From positions 1-64,000 of the forward strand of contig MCFH01000081.1 in the NCBI GenBank assembly GCA_002104945.1: a stretch of 64,000 nucleotides of DNA. The letters are read 5' to 3'. Below the pieces are notes generated by a model. It searched no databases. It was given only the letters and a program-made list of their open reading frames with translations, and was not told where the DNA came from. Below are positions 15,208 to 29,876 of the stretch, one piece after another. A program made the translations under genes and the position numbers. The stretch comes from Piromyces finnis finn. Lineage: Eukaryota > Fungi > Neocallimastigomycota. How positions within the stretch are numbered: position 1 is the stretch's first letter; every line of letters starts with the position of its first letter.

Positions 15208-16371
15208 ATGTCATTAAAAAATACAAAAGCTTTTTACGAAGAACTAGACAAAGAATTTATAAACTATAGTAAATTATTAGAAATAGCAAGAAAAGGCATA
15301 TTCTTAAAGGAATCTCTAACACAAAAATATCCACATGCTTTTATGATAGATATTAGTATTTTGGCTAATCAACATTTTACAGTAAATAATGACAATCAAT
15401 ACTATCGATTAAAATATTTTATAATTCATGTATCCAACATTGCAAACTGGACTCAACTTCAAAATAAAAATAAAAAACCAAAATTAAAAAATAAAAAAGA
15501 AATATTTTGTTTTTTTCCAAGTCATAATAATAACTATTGTAATATATGCGATTCTGTTCTTTCTAAACATATAACTAAAGATACCATCACACTTCCTAAA
15601 ATCAATTCACTTCTCATAATCAACGAATTCTTCCTTAAAAAACTCAATTCTGAAAGATTAATGAATAATATCTACTTGTACACCGACGTCTTTCACCATA
15701 ATTCATCATATTATTATCCAACAGATAATAAAACTTTTTACGATTATTTATTAAAATACAGTTTTATTGATATTGACACAAAAATTTTGTTAACCGAAAA
15801 ATTTGATTATACCGAAAATTTTTATAACCATAGTGAAATTAATCCATTTAGAATATTATTCGATATAACTTATTCTGATAATAAATCAAATCTTTCGGAG
15901 AATAAAAAAAACTATTTATTAAATAATAATGTATTCTACAAGTATTTTGAACAAATAAAAGATATTAATATCTTAAATCGAATTTCAAGTCTGTTTAAAG
16001 AAAATAAGCTTCAGTATGATGTATCTGATGACGATGTTTCATACAATCTTAGAAATATTTATCGGGTCCCACCTCATTTTCCACTCTCTACTCTTGAAAG
16101 GTATACAAATATGTTTTATAAGCCAAATAAAACAAGATTTAAATTCACAAAACGTTGTCATTCCTTTGCTGGCTATTGGAATCAAGAAATGGCTCAAGAA
16201 TTTGAAAAATTCATAAATGTAACTTTTACTGATGCTGGTATTCAATTCTTTAAAGATTGTGAGGGACAAATAGTAAAAAGATTAATTGAAGAAATAAATA
16301 AAACTGATGGTTTTATAAATGGTTATGAATTTGCCTATCTATATAATCGTTGTTTCTTAGATCGTTTATAA
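15208..16371 (+). CDS. Intronless hypothetical protein (387 aa), no recognised family
   Basis: 1164-bp open frame in DNA where long ORFs are unlikely by chance, with an AAAATG start context. Y/F/N/I/K-rich. Has a possible H..CxxC..H cluster and a degenerate EF-hand-like DGFINGYEF near the C-terminus. Confidence 0.65.
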   Translation: MSLKNTKAFYEELDKEFINYSKLLEIARKGIFLKESLTQKYPHAFMIDISILANQHFTVNNDNQYYRLKYFIIHVSNIANWTQLQNKNKKPKLKNKKEIFCFFPSHNNNYCNICDSVLSKHITKDTITLPKINSLLIINEFFLKKLNSERLMNNIYLYTDVFHHNSSYYYPTDNKTFYDYLLKYSFIDIDTKILLTEKFDYTENFYNHSEINPFRILFDITYSDNKSNLSENKKNYLLNNNVFYKYFEQIKDINILNRISSLFKENKLQYDVSDDDVSYNLRNIYRVPPHFPLSTLERYTNMFYKPNKTRFKFTKRCHSFAGYWNQEMAQEFEKFINVTFTDAGIQFFKDCEGQIVKRLIEEINKTDGFINGYEFAYLYNRCFLDRL

Positions 16372-16603
16372 GTAAAATATATATTAAATTATATATAATA
16401 AAAGCATTATAACGAAATGAATAAAAAATTATAATAACAGAAATAAAGATAAATTAAAGAATATTCCATTATAAATGGGAATAAAAAAAAATGAATGATA
16501 AAATGTTTTTTAAATTATTAGTATTTAAAAAATATAACCATTTTTAAAAATAATTTATAAATTTCATCAATATTTATATATATATATTTATTATCTACAA
16601 TAT

Positions 16604-16654
<51 letters not shown>

Positions 16655-19600
16655 CTAATCTCCTTGCATTTATTTAAAGATATAATTACTTGTTCGTTTA
16701 ATTTATAATTTTTTTAAAAAGGTTAAAAGTAAAAATGAGAAAACCTAATCTTTTAGTATGAAAGGTTAGGTGATAAATTTACTAAAATAAAAATTTTTTA
16801 TAACCCAAAAAAAAACTTTATATCTTGTTATTAGTATTATTTTATCATTGAAAATAAAAGAAATAAATACATAATAATGTATGAATAATATATAAATAAT
16901 TATCAAAATTATTTTATAATATTTATTTTCTTTTTATCAGTATCTTTTAATATTAATTTATGCATGCTATTTATTATAAAAAACTTATTACATTTTTTAA
17001 TAAAATTTTATATATACTAGCAATAGTAAAAGAATCATTATCATGGTATTATACATTCGTATTATCTTCATTAACAATCATTTTTCTGTTTTTTGATTAG
17101 AAACTTTTTAAAAAATTAAACTAAAATTATTTAAAGTAATTAAATATATAATAATAATAATGATGATAATAATAATTACAATTATTTTAATATTCAATAT
17201 TAACACTAAATTAATTTTTAATATTTGGATATCAAAATAAAAAAATAAATAATTCCTAATAAGAAGTTAATTATTAAAGTTGCAACAAAAAAAAAAAAGT
17301 TTATATTTAACTTTTCACTTAAAAATATAACAAATGAATATTTACTATAGCTTATCATTTTAAGTAAGCAGTAAAAATTTTCTTTTTAAAAAATACTTTG
17401 TAAACTATTAGAACTTTTAAAAAAGTAGTAATTATAGTACCTATTTTAACAACCATAATTTTATATAAAAGTACTATTAAAAAGTATACAATTTTAAATA
17501 TATAATAAATGGTATAAATTTGAATTTTAAATAATAATATATTAAAATCTTCAAATTTTAATTAATTAAATATGCAATGTTTTTTTTTTTAATGCACTTA
17601 AATTTTATTATTCATATGTTAATATAATTTTTTTTTCTAAAAATATAATTTTTTAAAGTGTATTTATCACTTTTTTTTTTTTCTTTTTTTAAAAAATACA
17701 ACAGCAACAGCAACACAACAATGATATTATTATTTATATTTTATATTTTACCATATAGACATTATTTTTTGAGTATAATATTAAACGTTCAAATAATTAA
17801 TAAAATTTGTAACATTAAAAAATAAACATAAATAAATGAATGAATGAATAATTTAATATATAAATAAATTGTTAAATTGGAAAGTTCCAAAGTATTACAA
17901 ATAATTTAAACATCACTTTATATACAATTTTGTTTAAAATAAATTGTTTTTTTTTTTTTTTATAATTTCTTTTACTATATTTATATCTATATTTTATTGT
18001 ATTATTCATGATTATTAAATTTTACAAAGAAGCTTTAATATTTCATTATAAAAATAATCTAACCTTTAGACAATTTTTAAGCCGTCTCAATTCGTCTCAC
18101 TTTCCCTATAAAGCGCCGTCATTTTCTTAAAATATTTATTTTATTAAAAAAAAACCGTAATATCAAAAAGATATTACTAATTAATATTTAATAAAGATGA
18201 TGAAAAATAAATTTTTTGATACAATTAAATTATATATATTTTCAATATATTATGAATAAAAAAGAAAATAAATTTTTTAATTTTTATATATTATATAAAA
18301 TATATTGTATATATATTAAATTCAGTATCATTTATTACTAAAATCTCATTTTTGGAATATATAATTAAAAAAATGGAAATTTTTTAAATTTTAATTAAAG
18401 TTAATATATTATTAAATACATTTTAATATATATAATATATATAAATATAATCATTTTTTAATTTAAATTCGTTGGTAAAATAAATTAAAAATAAAATATT
18501 AAGTATACATTTGATTTTTAATTTAACTATAATAGTATAATGTTATTTAAGTTAATTATTATATATATGATAAAAGTTCAAAATTTATTTAATAAAGTTA
18601 TGAACTAAGAATAAAGTTTAATTATAAAACAAAGTTTTTAATATGTACCAAATGTAGTATATTTTAGTTTTTAATATATTGTTTGAAATTAAATCACATT
18701 AAAATACTATATAATGTTTTAACTTTATAATATATATTAATTTATATTTTTAAATCAAATGGAAAATAATTATATTATATATAATTAATATATATTAATA
18801 TAATATCTATATTTTACACACTTTTTCATTTTTTTTATATTTATTTTATTGGCATAATTTAAAATGTTACATTATAATATATATTAATTAAAACTAAACA
18901 ATTGATTGATATATATTCTAGTTTAATATAATATACTTCAATATATAATATTAATTTATTCCTATTATTAATGTAACCTGGGTAAATTTTATAGTTTAGT
19001 GTTGTATTATGTAAAAATTAAATGAATGAATTAGATAAGTAATAGATAAATGCATAACTTTTTTTTAAAAAAAAAGAAACCCAGCTTTACTACAAGAAAA
19101 GAACAAAATTCAAAATTATATAATAAGAAAAAAAAAAAACTTTTTATTTGAAATAACTAAAATTTCAATTAATAAAATTGATGGAAAAATATTTTGAAAG
19201 ATTCTAGTAATTAACCCTCATTGGAAAAATTCAAAATGACTTAAAATAGTTACAGTTTTTTTATTTCATTTTATTGTATTAATAATTAATTAATTAATTA
19301 TTGCGTTATATAATACGCCATATATGCTTTAAAATTATAGAAACATATTATAATAAAATGCACCAGTATATATATTTATAATAAAATACATTAATATATA
19401 TAGCCACTATTATATTCACAGATACATTATATTATTTCGATAGATAAAAAAGTAGCAATTTTTAACAAATAAAATAATATGTTAATATATTATATTTTAA
19501 ATTAAATTAAAATAAAATCATATATTATTTATATTAAATGAATATAAGGAGAAATGATTGAATTATTTTTTTATTTGTATTTTTCTTCTTCTTTTTACTA

Positions 19601-20516
19601 ATATTATTAAGAATTATATTAAATATTATTTTTTAACTTTTTATTATTAAATAAACTTTATTATTATTAATTTTAAATTATTTCAAATTAATCTTAGCAT
19701 TTAAATAAGTATGATTGCAATTTTTCCTTTTTTTTTCTTTTCTTTTTTTTTTTTTTAAAAAAAAATAAAAATATTTAAATAATAGAATTGAATAAATAAT
19801 TGGTTTAAAATTTAAGAATAAAGTAAACAAGAAAAACAAAAAATAAAATATAAGTAAAATCGAAATAGCGAAATAGAAAAGAAAAATAATAATATAATAA
19901 AAGATAACTTTTGTTATTTATTATTAATAGTTTTCGTTTTTAGAAATGATTTCAAAAGGAAATAATAAAATTATCTAAAAGTTAATAAGAACGTTACATT
20001 TTACATTTATATTGTAAATTATTAATAATATTATAAATAACAATAGAAAAAATATATATACTAATTTTTATCTATCAATACTAAATATCAATAACAACAA
20101 TATTAATATTTCTTATTAGAAAATTTAAAATTCAAATTCAATAAATTAAAAATCTGATAATTTTCTTTTTTGAAACATTTTTATTTTCATTAATATTATA
20201 AAAAAAAAATAAAAAAAAAAAAAAAAATTGAATTAAACAGTATCATTAACAATAATAAAATAGTAAATCAATTATTTATATTTTATTTATTAATATATCA
20301 ATGAATTTTTAATAAATAAAATATACGGACTATTTTTTTTTTAAAAAGATATTAAATAATAATCGAATTATAATAACAATTAAAATAGTCTTTAAACTAT
20401 CAATTTATTCAATAAATAACATCGTTGAAATCAATATTTAATTAAAAAAAAAAAAACTTTTTGAAATAAATAATTCAAAACTTAAATATTTAGTTATATA
20501 ATAAACGTAATATATA

Positions 20517-23086
20517 ATGATAGTATATGAAGAGGTAATTAAATAATAATATATATATGTATATTATATTTAATTATTAAATTTATATATAAATTTATTT
20601 GTATTATATATATAGTGCCCAGCAAATAATGGGTGTGCAGATGATTCTTTTTCCAATGATGAATTAGATTCTGATACTGAAATTGAAAATGCTTTAGCCA
20701 TTATAAATACCGAGATTAATGAAAAAATCATAAAAAGTGGATATTTAAAAAAGAAAGGTGAAAAGAGAAAAATATGGAAAAGACGTTGGTTTGTTTTACG
20801 TTCAAATAGATTATCTTATTATAAAAATGAAAAGGTAATTATTTTTTATTTATAATTAAATTTAATATGTATTATACTATAATATCTTACTATGCTTTTA
20901 ATTCAAGTTTTATTAATTTTTATTTATTTATTATTTTTAAATAATATTTGAATTTATTTTTTGATAAATAAATAAAAAATTTGAAAATATTAATATATAT
21001 ATATATATATATATATACAATTTAAAAATATTAAAATATTTATTTTTCAATTATTAAGGAATACAAGTTATTAAAGGTTATTCCATTAGATGATATTAAT
21101 TCTGTATATAATTGTGAAAATCAACAAAAGTATTTAAATTCTTCATTAAAATCAGATAATAATCCAGTATCACCAAAACCACCAAAGCAAAATTTAAGTA
21201 ATGCTTTTTATATTAATACAAATGATCGTTCTTTCTTATTACAAGCACAATCCATGAATGATAGAAATCAGTGGATTAAAGCATTAAATTCAACTATATC
21301 AACTAAAAAAACTAATGCTCATGATTTTCTTGTTAATAATAATATTATTTCCAAGGTTGATAATTTAGACCAAAATATAAATAATGATGATAATGCTTCT
21401 GGTGTTGTTAATCAAACTCAAATTAATAATTTTAATTCAAATAATAATATCAATATTTTTGATAATACTCAACAATATGGATCAAATGAAGAAATTGAAA
21501 AAATGAACGAAATGAATGATATTGTATCACAAATCCCAAAGGTTAATGTTAAAGAAGATTATAGTAAAGTTTATTATATAAGTAATAATATACCAAAAAT
21601 ACAAAAATCTAAATCTACAAAAGCAGTTAATTTTTCAACAAGTGCTCCAAGTGTTCATATTTTAATGGATGAAGAAAGTGATAATGGTACTGAGGAATTA
21701 AAGGATGAAGAACTTTCCTATGAAGAATTTAAAAATACAATTATTAAGGATGAAAATGGTGATATCATTTGTAATAATGAAGAAAATTTAGAATTTTTTA
21801 ACAGTGATGAAATCTTAAATGCTATAGAGAAAAAATTAAAATACGAAAATGAAATCAATAATCTCAGTTCACCAACTAGCTATAGTAGTTATTCAATGAA
21901 TAAACCTATTTCAATGGTAAAAAGTGAATTAGAGTCATTCAAACCTAAAGGTAAACCACATGTTGGTTTTATTTCAAAAGAAAAATTAGAAGTGGATGAT
22001 GATGATGACGACGACGAAGATGATGATGAAGACGAAGACGATGATGATGATAATGATGATGATGAAATCATAAGTTCTTCCTACGATGAACGTAATCCAA
22101 TATATATACAGAAAAAAGAATTTTTGAAACAACAAATGGAGAAAGATGTTGTTGTTCAACAAGGTTATATGTATCAATATCGTAAAAATGCATTAAAGAA
22201 AAAATGGAAAAAATATTGGTTTGTTATTAGAAGTGGTAATTTATTTATTTATAAAAATGAACAAGAATATGTTGTTAAATCTATTATTCCATTAGAAAAT
22301 ACTCTTGCAATATGTGAAGTAAAGAGGACTAGTAGAATTGGTAGAAAAGGTAAAAAGAATAGAATTAGATATTGCTATCAATTAATCCAATCCATAACGC
22401 CAAAAATTCCTGAAAAAAATCATTCATTTGATTCCATTTCTTCTTCAGTTACTAGTATTTCAAATGAATCTTTACTACTTAATAAAAATACTTGTAATGA
22501 ACCAAGTGAACTTAGTAGTTCATATTCTTCCAGTGCTTCTAATCAAAATGCTATGATTGAAGAAAATGTTATGTCACCTATAGATACATTAAGTAGTAAT
22601 ACATTATCATCAAATAAACAAAATTCCGTTTCCCAGTTAACAAATAAACTTGAAAATGTAAATATTAATGAAAACAAAACAAATAATAATTTGTTTGATA
22701 ATAATAATAAAATTAGCAAAATAGAAGAAAACAATAAAGAGAATAATAGAAATATTGATAATACATTAAATAAGGAAAGAAAACTCCAAGATGAAGATAT
22801 TGACGCTAAAAAGAAGAAAACTACAAGTATATTAAAAATTAATATCGACAATAGAAATGTAAACAATCTTGATTCTACTAATAATTTAGATGATTTAAAT
22901 AAGAATAGAGGTAAAAGAGGGTCACTAATAAATACAATGTCACCAAATAATAATTTGACGACACCTATTACTCCAAGAAAAAAGACTTTTGTTAAAGTAT
23001 TTACTTTTTCAGCTCCAACTGAAACATCTAGAAAAATTTGGATAGCTAATTTACTTAATGAATGTGAAAAAGTTCAAGAAAAATGA
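20517..23086 (+). CDS. Tandem PH-domain protein (Opy1-like architecture)
   Basis: Exons 20517-20534 (MIVYEE), 20616-20834 and 21059-23086, joined in phase with GT/AG. PH1: KSGYLKKKGEKRKIWKRRWFVLR...RNQWIKAL. PH2: QQGYMYQ...WKKYWFVIRSGNLFIYKNEQEY...FTFSAPTETSRKIWIANL, split by a long low-complexity insert. Confidence 0.9.
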
Positions 23087-23818
23087 ATCTTTTATGTTTA
23101 TAGAATGACTATTTAAATTATATTTATAAATTCGTACTAAAGCAAAATACTAAATTGTTATTATCAAAATATAACAATAACAAATAACAACAACAGCAAA
23201 AAACAGAAAAAAATTATAGTTTTATTTTTATTCTTAATATATATTTATTAAAGTATTATATTACTTAGTTTGTAAATCATAATAAATGTTAATTAATTAT
23301 AAAAATTTAATAGTAAAGTTAAATATAAAGAAGTATATTTAAATATATTAGTATATTAGTTAATATGATTAATTAATTATTTTTTTTTAAAATAACAAAG
23401 TAAAAAAAAAAAAAAAGTACATAGTACTATTACTATTATTTTTTATCTTATAACTCAACTATAATACTCAATATTCAAAAAACAAAAAACAAACAAACAA
23501 ACAAAAAAAAAAAAAACATTATTTTAACAAAATTAATATTATTGTAAATAAAAATTAAAATAAAATAGAAAATAAAAAATCACATAATAATAATACTAAA
23601 AAAAGATGGAAGTTTATTTTTCTATTATATATTAGTTAATAATATATATAATTTTAAACATTCTATTTTTTCTTCCCATTTAAACCATATTTTAATATTA
23701 CCAATTGATATAATATATCTTTTATACTTTTAATAAAATGTTAATTATTAAACATAATTTTTTTTTTTTCTTTTATTAGAAAAAATAATAAAAATAAAGA
23801 ATAATATTGTAATATTGC

Positions 23819-26303
23819 TTAAACCTTGAATCCATAAATGAAACCATTTGTCCATTTTGGAACATTGATATTTGGGTATCTACTTAACCAAGGTTGACGG
23901 AATGGATTTAATTGGATAGCACTAGTACTAGCTGGGAATCTAATATTACAACTATGTCTAAGAATGTGTTTGCCAATTTCACATTCAGTTTCTGAACTTT
24001 CAATTACCATACAAACGGTACTTTCAACTGTTTTACCAGTCTTGGTGCGAATTGGATCAATAACTTCATATTGGAATAAATTCATGGTTTTTGTTTCCTT
24101 TGGTTTTATATCTTCTTCCTTTTTATTTTCTTCTTCTCCTTCTTCTTTTTTGTCTTCTTCCATTTTTTCTTTATCCTCATTTTCATTCTTTTCTTTTTTG
24201 TCATTTTCATTTTTAACCTCAACAGTAATATTATGACTAAATAAGTTTTTGGTGGCATCAATACAAATAACAACATCAGCTGGATATTTATCAATTGGGA
24301 AACTAGAATAGTTAGTACGAGCAAGATGTAAACGAATACAACTTTCAAAAGTTTCAGATTTAAATTCAATACTTAAATCACGACGTTTGGCTAATACAGT
24401 TTGTGTCATGTATTCTTCATAAGGTTGCTTTGAAAGTGGTAAAGCAGCCATTTCTGGACCAATAAAGAATATATCTAAAGTAACATTTCTAATTAAAGGT
24501 AAAAGACATTGATAAAGTTCTAATACTTCAATATTGGTTTGTGATGGATTGACAATGTGAATACATAAATTAGTACCACTAGCAAGAGATAACTTTTTTG
24601 GAAGATCACGGAATTGTGGTGTTATTTTATTTAAAATATAAAAAATTGAAAGAGGAGTGGTGAGAAGAAGAGCTGCTGGATAGAAATCAGAAGCTTTGGC
24701 TTTAAAGTAATCTTTCCAGCAACTAATAACTTTTGGTGAATTTTGGAATCCAGATTCTAATGAGAAATGCTTAATCCATGGTAAAAATTCTTCTGGGAAA
24801 CCATCATTTAAGTCTCCATGATTTTCATAGTATTTATCAACCTTTTCTTTAATATTATTATCGTTTTCATTTTCAGTTTTGTTTTCTTCTTCTGATTTAA
24901 CTTCATCATTCTTATTATTTTCATCTTCTTGGACGTTTTCTTCGGTTTTTAATTCACTTTCTTCTTCAGGTTTTTCTTTATTTTCTTCTGTAGATTCTTT
25001 TGGTATTCCATTGTATGGTAAACCAGTCATGGCTAAACGATGAGATACAGTAAATGTACCATCGAGAATTTGAGGTATTGCCCATAAACCACCTACCTTT
25101 GTTTTTATTTTGACACTGCTGGAATCATTTTCACTGTTAACAGAGGCTTCAATTTCTTCTTTAGTATACATTTCTGGGAAAATTAAATGCTCATCTAATG
25201 ATTTTAAATTAAGATATGGGATATAAGATAATTCCTCAACTTGACTTTTAGCATGCTCGACATGAGCTTGCATTTGCTTACAATAGAATTTATGAAATTG
25301 CCAGTCATTTACTTGACCTTTGCACATATATAAAATATTATTTTTAAATATATATAACATATATATTGTTTTAAATAAATAGATAATTAATAATTCGATT
25401 TTTAAAATTTAGATTTTTAAATGTCATTTTCAAGAAATATAAATGATATTTCTATATAATAATTACATTGTCTTTGGCAATAATTAACAGCTTTACATCT
25501 TGAACATCTGAAAATTTTTAATAATGGATTAGAACAATGATTACAAATTAAAAATGTTCCATTTTCTTCTTTTGGAATTTCTTTAACAATTTTTATTCCA
25601 AGTTTTTTAAATGGTGCAACAATTTCTTCTTTAATTTTATTTAAGGAGGCTTCATCCAAGGATTTTTCGGATATTTCATCATCAATAATAAGATAAAGAG
25701 GTCTTCCATTAATGATGCCTCGGTTCATTGGAAAGACTGAAGCACGACATATAATGGTGTAAAGTTCTTCAATTGTTGGAATATGTTTAAATGATTCAAA
25801 ACCTACTAAAGGATCTGGTTCATCAATTTTTTCAGTTTTAGATAAAATGGTAATATTGACAAGATATAAAACTACATCTCCCTTTTTATTTATTATATTT
25901 TATGATTGATAAATAAATTTCAGAAATCCATTTAAATTATTATTCGCAATGATAAATCAATTTATTATTTTTATTTTAAATATCATTCCATTTAATATGA
26001 AAATGTATTATTAGAGATTATTATATAATATGTATAATATATAATATTTTTGTAATAAAAAAGTATATATATATATATATATATAAACATTATTAATTTA
26101 TTATTAAGGTTTTTATAAATATTTTTTTAAAAATTTCATTCAATTAATATATATTTATATATTAATCTCTCTCTTACTAAATTAGCAGTTTGAATAGAAA
26201 GTTTCCAAGTTTCTGCTCTTTGAGGAACATGAGAGGCCTGTTCTAATGCATCTTTTTTTTCTTTTATTCTATCAGATTCGGTAAATGGATGAGATGTAGA
26301 CAT
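23819..26303 (-). CDS. MYND zinc-finger protein with an MSS51/ZMYND15-like C-terminal domain
   Basis: Exons 26178-26303, 25467-25881 and 23819-25317. Splicing reconstitutes CNHC..CSRC..YCQRQCQVNDWQFHKFYC (MYND). The C-terminal LLTTPLSIFYIL..LCIHIVNP..LDIFFIGPE..QLNPFRQPW resembles the MSS51-like C-terminal domain, from memory. Confidence 0.75.
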
Positions 26304-28112
26304 TTTTATTATTGGTAAATTTCAACAATAATAATAAAAAAATTTTTATTTCTATTAAAGATTATTTTTACCCAATTATTTCTTTTATTTTAAATTGTTC
26401 CATAGATAATTATAATTTTTTTTTTAATGGTATCAAATGCTTTTGAATCTTTAATAATTAAAATTTAAAAGGTGATTTTATAAAAATTAAAGTTTAATCA
26501 ATTATAAATTTACAAAGATTATAAATAAATAATGACTAGGTATAATGTATTTAGCTAGTTTAATTAGAAATAGGAATAGTAATTTTATTTAATTTCTAAC
26601 AGGATTAAAAATCAAGGTTGCCAAAATTTGACAATTACAAAGTAATACTAACCTTTCTTTTAGTCTTCAACCATTAATTTTTTAATTTTTGTCTTAAACC
26701 TTCTAATATTGACAATTACTAGTTAATAATATATTTACATAGCTTTTGGAAGAAGTTTAGTATTAATAACAAAGACAATATATAAGAAAAAATTATTTAG
26801 CATTTATATAAAATTTAATATTTATTTAATATTCTTGTTTTTTTTTTTCTTTGATTTACTAATTTGTTATATATAATACTTAATATTTTTTTTTTCTATT
26901 TCATCATATATTTTTTTTTCTTTCAAGAATGAATTTAAATACTTTATACACTAAAATGACTATAAAATAATATTCATTAGATAATTAGGATTATCATTAC
27001 CAATGTTATTATTATATATAAGACTTTTAAAATGTTCTTTATTAAGGAATTTGAAGTTAAAACTAAGTATATAGTCAACCAAAGTTGGATTCTTTGATGA
27101 AATCAGCTTTTAGAAACTTTAATATCTAGTATTTATTCACTTTTTACATTTGCAAGCTAGTAGAATATATATTAATACTCCTACTGTTTATATTATAATA
27201 AAAGGAAACTTTTATTTCTAGTTTATTTTTTTAGTAATATTACGGTTTATTTTTTTTTTTTAAAATCTTTACAAATCAAAGTTATTTAACAAACAACTAT
27301 ATACATATAAATATACTAATTTTATAGTTTAAGTGTAACTGAAAAATAGAAACGAAATTATGATCAACATTAGTGGCTGATCTTACTAGCTTATCTACTA
27401 ATTTTTTTAACCTTTTCAATTAGTGTACTTATTGTTACTTTTTTAAAATACAACAAATATCTTTGAAACTTGTATTATATTAATTAATTTAATCCCTATT
27501 AAAAAAATTAAAAAAAAATTTTTAAATGAAAATAAATAAAAATGAATGTATTCTGGTGGTCTTAATTAAAAATTAAAAAAACCTTTTGTTATACTAGAGA
27601 ATAATAGTTATATTTGATTTTCAATGTAGCTAATAGACAAAAAAAAAAATTTTTTTTTTAAAGGACATGATTATGATCATCAAGCTTGTACTGCTATTTA
27701 ATATTAACTTTTTTGTTATTGCTTCAATTTTTTTATCATTGGTCAATAACTTAAAATGAAATTTTAATAAGGAGTATAAAGAGTGCTTTAGTAATTATTT
27801 AAAATGAGCAAACAAAATAATAACCATTAAATTTAACATTAATTTTTCTAATACCATTTTTTCAATAAATTTTTATAAATGTGTCTAGTTTAATTTGACT
27901 TTTACAGAGTTTTTTTTTTTTTTTTTTCCATCCCTTTAAGTTATTAATATTAAAATCTTTTTCTACAAGAAATTTTTTTCTTTACACTAAATACTTATAT
28001 GTATTACTATTTACTGAATAATTATTATTAATTATTTTATTATTTAAACTAATGAAGAAACCAGAAATATCCAAAAAATAGTATTTAAGAAAATAAGTAA
28101 AATACTTGAATC

Positions 28113-28150
<38 letters not shown>

Positions 28151-28637
28151 GAAAGGAGAGTATAATTTTTTGTAGCTATTTAATTTATAAGTTTATATTA
28201 TAATAAGTAATAATACATATTGATAATATTAAAAAATAAGAAATAAATAAATATAATATAATATATAAAGATATAAATATAAAATAAAATATAAAAATTA
28301 TTTAAGTTGCATCATAGGTTTGAGGAATTCTGCAATTTATACTGTGTGAGATATATACCTAATAAATTAAATAAATTAAATGAATTGAATAAAATAGAGA
28401 AGTAATATAATAATATGACAGTGTGGTGTCTGTCTATTATACCCTGTTACGCGTCTTTAATGATTTCAATTAATAAAATATAAATATTAGACTTTGTTTA
28501 TGTAATATTAAGAAAGCTCCTTTGTCATATTGATACAACGTCGTTGCACTTGATTATATTTTATGTTTTATTTAACGTATAAAAAACCAACTTCATAGAT
28601 AATAAGGAAAGCTGCGAGACACTATATATATGAAACA

Positions 28638-28941
28638 TGTCTTACAGTTTTTCCAGCATTGATATTTTTGGCTGTTCCTTTAAATCTTTTGAACATTGAC
28701 TATTGTTTACCAATAATATAAGACATTATTCATATTAGAAGTTCTACAGTGACCATCAAAACATTGATTATTTAAAAGTATAATTATTCACAAAATATTA
28801 AAAATTAGGTATTATGCATTAATGTATTCTAATTTTCTTTTTAACGGCATCAATTATTTTAAACTTTATTATTAATTTAATTAAGTTAATTAAAATTATA
28901 ATAAAACTTTATCATGGATAATCTCCATAGCTCTTTTGGCC
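28638..28941 (-). mobile_element. Decayed relic fragments of the same LINE family (at least 3 pieces)
   Basis: 28638-28715 aligns to the ORF C-terminus (TGTCTTAC...CTTTTGAACATTGAC..CCAATA). About 28786-28830 aligns to the 3'UTR. 28833-28941 is a 3' end (TTTTCTTTTT-AACGGCATC...) with internal deletions. Confidence 0.7.
28929..28941. repeat. Target-site duplication 1, AGCTCTTTTGGCC (partner at 33618-33630)
   Basis: Exact 13-bp direct repeat; the left copy abuts the unit 3 tail. Confidence 0.85.
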
Positions 28942-29876
28942 TTTTTTTTTTTTTTTTTTTTTTTTTTAACGGCATCAAAATATTTTAAACTTTATTATTA
29001 ATTTAATTAAAATTATAATACATGTAATAAAAAAAAAAACTAAAAATAAAAATAAAAATAAAAAAAATATGTTTAAATAAACACAAATGAATAAAAATTG
29101 GGTATAATGTATTCTAGTAATTTTAATTAAAGTAAGAAAGCCACTATCATACTAAAGTATAATAATTGTATTTGACTTCCAATGGGACACCGAGCCAAAG
29201 ATCAAAATTTTGTCATGGAACAAAATTATGATCTCCATTGGTTGCGCTGGCCCTCCTGGCCTGTCTTACTGTTTCTTCAGCATTGACGCTCTTGGATGTT
29301 GCTTCAAACCTTTTGAACATTGACCATTGCTGGCCAATAGCAAAAGGCATGATTTTGGTTAGAAGTTCCGCGGTTACCGTCAAGAATGGTGTTCCTTCGT
29401 TAGTACCAGATTGAATCTGACGCTTACAAAGTTCTTTCCATTCCCTTGAATTGTAATTAATATTGTTAAAACTTCTTCCCCCAAGAAGGAATTAAATATT
29501 TTACTGCACACACTAGAATAATCATACACATTAATATTCACCGGATTATTAGAACTATTACTATCATCAACTAAATTACTATCTAAATTAGAATTATTAT
29601 CATCACTATTGCTATCATTACTAATATTATTATTTCTATTACTACTATTGTTATTATTACTATTGTTATTATTAATATTATTACTATTACTATTACTGTT
29701 ATTGCTATCTCTGCTGATATTAACATTTTCATTATTATTGATAGGACTATTGGAATTACGTTGACTGAAAAAATTTAATAGATGGACTATAGAATCATAA
29801 TGTTTAATACGGATATCTCTAAATGTTGGACAATCTAAAAACCAATGTTTAATACTTTGATCTCCACACTTGCAAC

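Noticed and set aside
28118-28148. Long T-run as the possible tail of an outermost retro-insertion
   Set aside because: Not adjacent to AACGGCATC and no flanking TSD found; long A/T runs are common here (e.g. about 3506, 9811, 13541).
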